From: an uncultured virus (IMG/VR IMGVR_UViG_3300018417_002450)
Lineage: Duplodnaviria; Heunggongvirae; Uroviricota; Caudoviricetes
IMG/VR virus record: IMGVR_UViG_3300018417_002450
Strand: one strand, 5' to 3'
Length of the DNA: 64,000 nucleotides
Shown here one piece after another: positions 57,306-64,000 of the stretch. Position numbers and translations under genes: made by a program. Under the pieces are notes generated by a model, which did not search any database, was not told where the DNA came from, and saw nothing but the letters and a program-made list of their open reading frames with translations. Numbering within the stretch: the stretch's first letter is position 1; every line of letters starts with the position of its first letter.

Positions 57306-57706
57306 TAATCTTCACCGGATCTTTTCACCTTAGAACAAATTCTAGATGAAACTGCCGTCCTTGTCATGTTGCTCTTACGTAGTTTAGACTTTGAGCATAT
57401 ATATCTCACCTTATATTTATCATCCACTCGTATATAAACATCAAAAGATACTGTACTTAAGTACGGAACTTTCCATATTTTATAATTGGAAACAAATTTA
57501 ACGGGTTCCCAATTATCATCATATACGCCAATTTCATAATATTCAACTTCAGGTCTTTTATTAAACATAGTCATAGTTGTCGTATAAAGACCATCCATGT
57601 ACGACTGTTTTAATTTTGGGTACGTTGGTACCATCTCATGCGCGCTAGCTTTACTAACAACTAGTAAACCATATAATATAATAGCTAGCGCAAACAAATA
57701 TCTCAT
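57305..57706 (-). CDS. secreted Ig-like protein (pilus chaperone-like, tentative)
   Basis: Signal ASA; MFNKRPEVEYYEIGVYD; ICSKS...RICSK. Confidence 0.6.
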   Translation of the reverse strand: MRYLFALAIILYGLLVVSKASAHEMVPTYPKLKQSYMDGLYTTTMTMFNKRPEVEYYEIGVYDDNWEPVKFVSNYKIWKVPYLSTVSFDVYIRVDDKYKVRYICSKSKLRKSNMTRTAVSSRICSKVKRSGED

Positions 57707-57725
57707 AGCAAATACCTCAGCTTAA

Positions 57726-58235
57726 TTATTGAGCGATACACTCAGCTTGTACTATTGCCGTGTAATTACCGCCTGGGAACGCTTTGTTGCCACCCATAAC
57801 CGCAACCGATGAAGTTGTAAACCATGTTGAACCAGTTGCCGTCATATCATAACGATCCATCATACCGATTTCTACTTTATTTGTTTCGTAATCGGCCATA
57901 TTAGTGGCATCTGACAATGAGTCAACTTCAGTATCTCCAGTCCATGTAATTACATCTGGAAGATTAGGAGATGATGAAAACTCTGAAGGTGCAGTAATTT
58001 CAACGTAGTAAGCATTTGCTAAAGATACGTCAACACGAATTCTTGCATCCTCACCACCATCTGAAGCAGAAGTGGTTAGTGTATAAGCGTTTGGGTTGGC
58101 ATAAGTACCAGATGTATCAGTTTGAATAATACATCGTGATTGTACTGTACCGTTAATTGGTGTATCTGCAGCTAAAGCTATTCCACACGACGTGAATAAC
58201 GCACCTACAGTTACTGCTAAATTTAATTTGAACAT
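57726..58235 (-). CDS. secreted pilin-like beta-sandwich protein (tentative)
   Basis: Signal ALA; INGTVQSRC; C-terminal GGNYTAIVQAEC. Confidence 0.6.
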   Translation of the reverse strand: MFKLNLAVTVGALFTSCGIALAADTPINGTVQSRCIIQTDTSGTYANPNAYTLTTSASDGGEDARIRVDVSLANAYYVEITAPSEFSSSPNLPDVITWTGDTEVDSLSDATNMADYETNKVEIGMMDRYDMTATGSTWFTTSSVAVMGGNKAFPGGNYTAIVQAECIAQ

Positions 58236-58246
58236 AGAAATTCTCC

Positions 58247-59176
58247 TTATTGTCCTGTACTTAGTTTATATTGCATATCAATCATTTGTTGATGTAAAAG
58301 TTGTTGGGCAAGTCCATTACGTAAACCACTTTGGTTTTCAGGAAGTTTGGTATCTAATAAAACAACAGTATCATTATATGTACCACCCGGAATTTCTGCA
58401 CTATAATAAGTTTGCATATTTAAATTTACCGCGTCTGTCATTTGACCCCTCGCAAAAGCCAACGCGAACAGCTCGGCACGGCCAGCTTCAAACATTGCCT
58501 TTTCTAATCGGTCGTTCCTTTCACGTTCTTCTTCATCAAGCTCTGCTAGCTTTTCATCTTCCGTCTTTTCATCTTCCTGTAATTCTTCTTCTTCATAACT
58601 ATATTGTTCACGATCTGCGTCACCTTCAGCAAAGGCATCGTAGATTTCATAATCAATTTCTGGTGGTTCCACATATGGAACCTCGTAACCTGGGCAGTTC
58701 GGATCAAACTGCGGGTTGTAACATGGATCGACTCTATAAGTGTAGATTACACTAGGATTTTCTACAGATCCATTACCTTGTACATCTATTTCTCCGTCAC
58801 CCCAAAGATCACGGGGTAAATTACCAACAGGTATTACTTTACGTACTTCCTGTCCTGATGGCGATGTAGGAGACCAATCTTCTCGATCTCTAAAAACATA
58901 TTGGTCAGTTGAACCAGCCAATCTGTTTTGAACATATACTGTAACAGCTTCACCATCTTCTTTAATAATAGTATAACTATACAATACGTTCTGAATATCT
59001 AATCCTGGAGGTGTAGGCAATACGCTGCCCATAGACCATGATAGTCCATTTGCAGCAGCATTTGGTGTAGCTCCGTAGTAAGGCTTAATACTCTCAGAGT
59101 AAGAGTAAGAAGGCCAAAATACCAAGCCCAGCAAAAGGAGCGTTATCTTTAACGCCTTGTTTGAAATCGACACCAC
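58247..59176 (-). CDS. secreted protein
   Basis: Signal peptide; DPC...DPNCPGY; acidic linker; start uncertain. Confidence 0.7.
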   Translation of the reverse strand: MVSISNKALKITLLLLGLVFWPSYSYSESIKPYYGATPNAAANGLSWSMGSVLPTPPGLDIQNVLYSYTIIKEDGEAVTVYVQNRLAGSTDQYVFRDREDWSPTSPSGQEVRKVIPVGNLPRDLWGDGEIDVQGNGSVENPSVIYTYRVDPCYNPQFDPNCPGYEVPYVEPPEIDYEIYDAFAEGDADREQYSYEEEELQEDEKTEDEKLAELDEEERERNDRLEKAMFEAGRAELFALAFARGQMTDAVNLNMQTYYSAEIPGGTYNDTVVLLDTKLPENQSGLRNGLAQQLLHQQMIDMQYKLSTGQ

Positions 59177-59657
59177 CAGTTTCCTCTTTTATTTTCTCTT
59201 CGTGTGTTTCCCATCCTAATTTAGCAGCTTCACCAATTTGTCCATCGTATGGGCATGGTGTTCCAGCTTGCATCATAGCGTCAAAAACATTTTCATCTTG
59301 ACACATTACAGATACAGCAGCAACTTTCATTCCCATATCATATAAAACTTTCGCATTCTTTAAACGCTTACAATTTTCTTCTGTAAACGTTCCACCACCA
59401 CTAATACCCAAAATTTGGGTTTGCACCGCAGCAGCCACACCAATAGTACACAAATCGTTATTGTTTCCAGCACTAAATTGGGGGGAAACTGCAGATGGTG
59501 GCGGTTGAACTATTGTTGTTGTCATCTCTCCATTAGACGTAATAGTACTATCTGTGCCCGATTGAGTACATACATACCCTGTCGGACAATCCGGAACTTC
59601 TTGAGCCACTGCAGCAGACCCAAGAAACAACATACAAAGTAATAACAAAAAGCGCAT
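59094..59657 (-). CDS. secreted Cys-rich protein with C-terminal membrane anchor
   Basis: Signal AVA; PPPSAVSP, DLC, ENCKRLK, GMKVAAVSVMCQD, AGTPCP; hydrophobic C-terminus. Confidence 0.75.
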   Translation of the reverse strand: MRFLLLLCMLFLGSAAVAQEVPDCPTGYVCTQSGTDSTITSNGEMTTTIVQPPPSAVSPQFSAGNNNDLCTIGVAAAVQTQILGISGGGTFTEENCKRLKNAKVLYDMGMKVAAVSVMCQDENVFDAMMQAGTPCPYDGQIGEAAKLGWETHEEKIKEETGGVDFKQGVKDNAPFAGLGILAFLLLL

Positions 59658-59705
59658 CGTTTATCCTCCAAAAAAACATGAATATAACTTCAATTCATTC
59701 AATGT

Positions 59706-59713
59706 TATTTATA
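59706..59713 (-). promoter_or_regulatory. T4 late promoter for the secreted-protein operon
   Basis: TATAAATA upstream of 59657; divergent copy at 59811-59818 (+). Confidence 0.65.
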
Positions 59714-59872
59714 TGAATGCAACTGAGAATAAATACTCTCATATGTGTATTTATTTGACGGTTAATTTCTGCTGTCAAAAATTTGACAGTTAATATGTAC
59801 AATATACACTTATAAATATTCTTGTGATTTCTTTGCCATGATAATAATAATAACGCTAAGGTGGAGGAACAC

Positions 59873-60352
59873 ATGGCAACGCAAAATGAATATGACGTAA
59901 CAGTCGTTAAAGTAGTTGATGGTGATACTGTAGATGTAGATATTGATCTAGGTTTTGGTATCTGCCTTAAAGACGAAAGAGTTCGAATTATGGGTATTGA
60001 TACACCCGAAAGTAGAACATCAGATAGAGTAGAAAAGCTCTTCGGTAAAGCATCTTCTAAAAGATTAGGTGAATTATTAGAAGAAGGTGCAAAACTCATT
60101 ACTACCGAAGATAAATCAGGTGAAGATATGAAGGGTAAGTTTGGTCGTATCCTTGGCGATTTTCGCGCTGCAGATGGCCGCTTGGTGACTGACATCATGA
60201 TCGAAGAAGGTCATTGTGTACCTTATTTTGGTGGATCTAAAGATGAGATTCAAATGAAGCATATGGCAAATAGAGAAAAGCTTCTAAGAGAAGGTATTGT
60301 CGATCGTGAAGATTACGACAAAATGGTAATAGCCGAAGCCAACGAAAAATAA
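59873..60352 (+). CDS. thermonuclease (SNase-like)
   Basis: VVDGDTVD, RVRIMGIDTPESR, GKFGRILG; GGAGG RBS. Confidence 0.88.
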   Translation: MATQNEYDVTVVKVVDGDTVDVDIDLGFGICLKDERVRIMGIDTPESRTSDRVEKLFGKASSKRLGELLEEGAKLITTEDKSGEDMKGKFGRILGDFRAADGRLVTDIMIEEGHCVPYFGGSKDEIQMKHMANREKLLREGIVDREDYDKMVIAEANEK

Positions 60353-60445
60353 TTTCTAAGCCATTGATTTGTAAGGAAACGTTTTTGTTGACATTTCCTT
60401 CAAATCTGTGGTATAATATACATATATTCAAATGGAGATGTATGT

Positions 60446-60865
60446 ATGAATATGGTAGAAGTCAAAGGTGGTCCTGCTAAAGAACGGGAAATCGTTGAGC
60501 AAACCGTGTACTGGTGTATTAAGAAATTAATGCCAAGAGTTCGCACTTTAGATATTGAAGTCAAATTGACAAAGTGTGACGCATATGGCTATTGCTTAAT
60601 GACTGACAATCATAAAACATTTGAGTTAGAAATTCGTAAAGGAATGAACTTATACGATTTAATTAGTACTGTTTGCCACGAAATGGTTCATGTTAAGCAA
60701 TACTATCGTAAAGAAATGGATGATGATAGCAATCGTTGGAAGTCTAAGCAATTAGGTGATATGAATTATGTGGATCGTCCTTGGGAAAAAGAAGCATTTC
60801 GTATGGAAGAAAAATTGGCTGTTGAATGCTTCAAAAATATTGCAATAAATTTTGCAAAAAAGTGA
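60446..60865 (+). CDS. zincin-like metallopeptidase (HExxH)
   Basis: TVCHEMVHVKQ...PWEKEA; promoter TTGACA 60388 / TATAAT 60412. Confidence 0.72.
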   Translation: MNMVEVKGGPAKEREIVEQTVYWCIKKLMPRVRTLDIEVKLTKCDAYGYCLMTDNHKTFELEIRKGMNLYDLISTVCHEMVHVKQYYRKEMDDDSNRWKSKQLGDMNYVDRPWEKEAFRMEEKLAVECFKNIAINFAKK

Positions 60866-60884
60866 AAAAAAGTGAAAAAAAGGG

Positions 60885-60912
60885 TTGACATTTCGTAGAA
60901 AAGGTATATATT
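60885..60912 (+). promoter_or_regulatory. strong sigma70-type promoter upstream of the ncRNA
   Basis: A tracts-GGG-TTGACA-N16-TATATT. Confidence 0.7.
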
Positions 60913-60919
60913 AATAATA

Positions 60920-61270
60920 TAAGGAATGAGGGAATAGGCCACGACGCTATCACCTTCGGGTAAAAAAGCATGACGGTAACGAATCTTATTCCTTTTATCT
61001 GGTGAATATACCGCCCGTGAAATACCGGTGACGTGAAACCCAGATAGTCTGTAGCCTGGCGCAGACGTTAAACTTCGCCCAGGTAGCAATTCAAAGTTTT
61101 CACTCGACGGAGTGAGATTGTGGTGACTGAATAATCCCTTACAAACGGGGATAAGGTAATATCGAAGGATCTTAGCGGATCGCCTTAGCGGGTGCAGGTA
61201 GGTACGGGCCGAGTCGGACAGGTAGTTTGTCAGTGGCGCTGTTGAAGGAAAACCTAATCCTTCCCACACA
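60920..61270 (+). ncRNA. candidate large structured ncRNA, domain 1
   Basis: No credible ORF, raised GC, many stems and two possible pseudoknots. Confidence 0.65.
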
Positions 61271-61310
61271 TTTATTATAAATAGTGGTATGAACACTAAA
61301 GAGGAATAAA

Positions 61311-61580
61311 ATGCCAGTTACAGCAAATACAGATCTAACCGCGTTAACCGTTGCTCAAATTAATGAATTACTAGACGACGCAGGATCTGAAATTATAGTT
61401 GATGGTGCTACCTATATTGGTAGAAATGCTTCTGATGAATATCAGTGGGAAGTAACTTATGACTCTCCACAAGCAAATGCATATGTCACGAATCATGCTT
61501 TTGTTGATGTTCATTTAGATGGCGAACCATTTATAGCATTAAATGATTTGGTAGAAGAAGACGATATTTTTGCTGAATAA
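61311..61580 (+). CDS. acidic hypothetical protein
   Basis: TATAAATA at 61276-61283, GAGG RBS. Confidence 0.7.
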   Translation: MPVTANTDLTALTVAQINELLDDAGSEIIVDGATYIGRNASDEYQWEVTYDSPQANAYVTNHAFVDVHLDGEPFIALNDLVEEDDIFAE

Positions 61581-61583
61581 GAA

Positions 61584-61856
61584 TTCTCTGAGGCAGCGGC
61601 GACAATTATAAGAGCGCCAGTCTAAAACTCAGAGCAGACGATGTGACTTAGGTCGTTATATCATTTGTCTGATACGCGGTAACGACCTATGCCTGAATTG
61701 CCCGTCGGTTCAGGAAGAAATCTAAATACGTGCTCATTGCACACGAGACGTATAGGGCGGGCCATATTTGAGATAGGCAAATCCCAAGGCAACCACGCCG
61801 CCTATCAATCGGCAGAGTAAGACTCGGATTAACAATGGGTGTCACTCAGACGAGAA
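61584..61856 (+). ncRNA. candidate structured ncRNA, domain 2
   Basis: Stems CTCTGAG/CTCAGAG, TAGGTCGTTA/TAACGACCTA, CCTGAATTG/CGGTTCAGG, TACGT/ACGTA, GATAGGC/GCCTATC. Confidence 0.6.
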
Positions 61857-61887
61857 AGGGAGAGCTTCGGCTCTCCCTTTTTTATTT
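61855..61887 (+). terminator. intrinsic terminator
   Basis: AAAGGGAGAGC-TTCG-GCTCTCCCTTTTTT. Confidence 0.85.
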
Positions 61888-62197
61888 ACTTACGAATAGC
61901 GTCAGCACCAAAGAAGGCTGCAACTAAAGCTGAAATAGCAACAAAATATGTTGGAGCAATATCACCAACAATAGCTGCTGCAGTATCTAAACCAAAATAT
62001 GATGTTAAGACAATTGCAAATGGATAGAGTAGCATGCCAAATAAAGCAAACCATGTCATTCCACGCATCGCATCCCGCTGTGCGTCTTTATCTTCTAATT
62101 CTTTTCTTTTAAATTCAAGATACATTTCGCGCTCAACGTCGTCTACAACGCCATCGCCATTTGTATCTGCTGGATGATAACTTTTATCTTCAGCCAT
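61886..62197 (-). CDS. 2-TM membrane protein with EF-hand-like loop (holin-like?)
   Basis: DTNGDGVVDDVE; two hydrophobic helices. Confidence 0.7.
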   Translation of the reverse strand: MAEDKSYHPADTNGDGVVDDVEREMYLEFKRKELEDKDAQRDAMRGMTWFALFGMLLYPFAIVLTSYFGLDTAAAIVGDIAPTYFVAISALVAAFFGADAIRK

Positions 62198-62247
62198 TTT
62201 AGTCTCCTATATTATTAAAATCAAACATGCCGAAGAATTCACCTAAC

Positions 62248-62259
62248 TATTTATAAATA
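62248..62259. promoter_or_regulatory. bidirectional late promoter
   Basis: Palindrome TATTTATAAATA between divergent genes. Confidence 0.6.
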
Positions 62260-62263
62260 TACT

Positions 62264-62479
62264 ATGTATATAACACCATGCATAGGCGTTTGCATAGCAG
62301 ATCCAGAGACTCGGCTATGTCGAGGCTGCAAAAGAACTGTATGGGAAATACGAAATTGGAATAATTATACAGATGAAGAGCGCATGAAAGTAATGCGTAG
62401 ACTTGGCTATGGAAAACGAAAAAAACGTATAAATAATAAAAACGCTAATAGTCATATAGGAGACGAAGATGGCACTTAA
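62264..62479 (+). CDS. DUF1289-family Cys protein
   Basis: TPCIGVC...CRGCKRTVWEIRNW. Confidence 0.82.
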   Translation: MYITPCIGVCIADPETRLCRGCKRTVWEIRNWNNYTDEERMKVMRRLGYGKRKKRINNKNANSHIGDEDGT

Positions 62480-62663
62480 AGTAACGGGCAATACAGTCGT
62501 ATCTGATACACTTATTTTATCAAACATCGCCAACACAGATGTAACCACAGATACTACAATTAATTCATCTATTATCAAGCAAGGTAATGTTTTACGTATT
62601 TACGATTCTGCTGGAGATGAGATTAGAACTCTTTGGTGCGCTGCAACAACAGCAGTGACTTAA
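62469..62663 (+). CDS. small putative virion/tail protein
   Basis: TATAAATA at 62428-62435; MALKVTGNTVV...LRIYDSAG. Confidence 0.6.
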   Translation: MALKVTGNTVVSDTLILSNIANTDVTTDTTINSSIIKQGNVLRIYDSAGDEIRTLWCAATTAVT

Positions 62664-62678
62664 TAAGGAGTCAAAATC

Positions 62679-64000
62679 ATGGCAGTACGTTTACCTTTAG
62701 CCGCACAACCAGTAGACGGCGATACCGCAGGTCTTCAAATTTTTGAAATGGCAAGTGCAGGCGTTGATAACATTCATAAATTTGCTACTTATGCATATGC
62801 TCAAGATCCTTCAGTAAATCTTGAAGTTGATACAGCAAATGGTACTCTATTAAGTGGACAACCTTTTGTCGATACTTACTATGTTGCTGGCGCTTATAGT
62901 ACTAGAATAGATCGTTATGCTACAGAAGCAGAAACAGCTAATATTGTATTAACAACAGATAATTATAACAGATTAAGATATGTTCTTGATTCTGTTACGT
63001 TACCAACTGGTGACACGAACGATACTCAATTTCCTCTTTATCTGTATAATGCTCAAGGAACTTATGGCGGAGAAAATCCAAATAATCCAAATACGCATAT
63101 GAGATGTATGACTCGCCAGGACTTTATTGATACATTTGTACTGCCAGCATTATCGATGATGGATTCCGACGGTTTTTATAACGGAACAAACAATATAGAG
63201 CAAAACGGTACTTATTTTTTAACTACGACCAATACACCGACTAATGCTACAGTTGTTTCAAACACTCCCGTAGCAATCAACAGTGAAGCTAATGCTGGTG
63301 CTTATCAAGCTGCTCAAATTCCTGAAGCTGTAAAGCAAACTGTTGATGTAAACTATTATATCGCAAAAGTAGATTTCCCAGCAACATCGTACGCAATTTA
63401 TGACGCTGTTTTAGGAACTTATGACTTGCCTTTATATTTTAATTCAGGCGATGAGATGATATATCAGCATACACCAACAACTTGGTCAAACCTAATAGGA
63501 CCTTTCCTAAGATATTATTTTGGAACTGCTGGCTCAGGATATGATTATACGTATAGTTTATCGGCCGGCACACAAAAAGGAACAACATACGTTGATACTC
63601 GTTTGACTAACTCAAGCACATACGAGCAGCGTTTTGTTAATGCAGATGATTATCGCACGCAAGAATTTCCTAATGGTACGCAAACAACAATTAGCGCCAA
63701 CCAACAAATTCTTTATATTAACAGAGCAGGAACACCATCTTATGGTGCATCTTCTAATCCATCAGGTTCAGTAAGTGAAGGTGCATCAGTTACATTTACA
63801 CTCACTACAACGAACGTATTAGATGGAACAAACTTTAATTACGCAATTACGGGTATTACGGCTGCAGACATTACATCTGGAAGCTTGACCGGCACAGTAA
63901 CCACGAGCTCAGGTGCTGCTTCTACATCCATCACACTTAAAGTAGATGGATTAGCAGAAAGCGAAACAGCAACATGCACATTTACTACTCCAGGCGGTGA
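62679..64000 (+). CDS. large virion structural/tail-fibre-like protein (runs off window)
   Basis: AAGGAG RBS, MAVRLPL...; Thr/Ser/Gly-rich; DDYRTQEFPNG; Ig/Calx-beta-like SVSEGASVTFTLTTTNV. Confidence 0.75.
   Translation, partial: MAVRLPLAAQPVDGDTAGLQIFEMASAGVDNIHKFATYAYAQDPSVNLEVDTANGTLLSGQPFVDTYYVAGAYSTRIDRYATEAETANIVLTTDNYNRLRYVLDSVTLPTGDTNDTQFPLYLYNAQGTYGGENPNNPNTHMRCMTRQDFIDTFVLPALSMMDSDGFYNGTNNIEQNGTYFLTTTNTPTNATVVSNTPVAINSEANAGAYQAAQIPEAVKQTVDVNYYIAKVDFPATSYAIYDAVLGTYDLPLYFNSGDEMIYQHTPTTWSNLIGPFLRYYFGTAGSGYDYTYSLSAGTQKGTTYVDTRLTNSSTYEQRFVNADDYRTQEFPNGTQTTISANQQILYINRAGTPSYGASSNPSGSVSEGASVTFTLTTTNVLDGTNFNYAITGITAADITSGSLTGTVTTSSGAASTSITLKVDGLAESETATCTFTTPGG

Noticed and set aside
60766..61296. 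176-aa minus-strand ORF
   Set aside because: No RBS or recognisable motif; antisense to a promoter-driven structured RNA
60920..61856. Group I intron or RNase P interpretation of the structured region
   Set aside because: No interrupted gene and no convincing intron P7 or RNase P GAGGAAAGUCC core
1..64000. CRISPR array, integrase, transposase, reverse transcriptase, or host chromosomal origin
   Set aside because: No spaced repeats or such motifs seen; host-like genes are interleaved with T4 core genes and phage promoters

Overview
A 64-kb AT-rich segment of a large lytic T4-like (myovirus) phage genome. The host is most likely a marine alphaproteobacterium, probably Rhodobacteraceae, judged from Shemin-type hemA, a circularly permuted tmRNA, a Rhodobacter-like ATP synthase c subunit, PstS, a porin and DUF1127. 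Core T4 genes: nrdA/nrdB, thyX, gp61, gp41, uvsX, gp32, gp59, gp33, gp43, gp46, gp47, gp55, uvsW, uvsY, a gp3-like tail gene, fused gp39/60 and gp52. Also present: a lysis cassette (GH19 endolysin, overlapping spanins); a block of probable internal head proteins with T4-like capsid-targeting N-termini, including a ligase-superfamily protein and two PD-(D/E)XK nucleases near an HxGH-type nucleotidyltransferase; auxiliary genes (hemA, heme oxygenase, bilin reductase, IscA, PstS with Pho box, GuaC, glycosylation enzymes); two tRNAs and a two-piece tmRNA. Best candidates for undescribed biology: (1) a large, highly structured ncRNA locus at 60.9-61.9 kb; (2) a late-promoter operon of secreted proteins resembling an usher-less chaperone/pilin system; (3) an ATP synthase c subunit with its F1-binding loop replaced; (4) a capsid-targeted ligase/nuclease/nucleotidyltransferase kit. 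All family calls come from motif recognition by eye; no searches were run.
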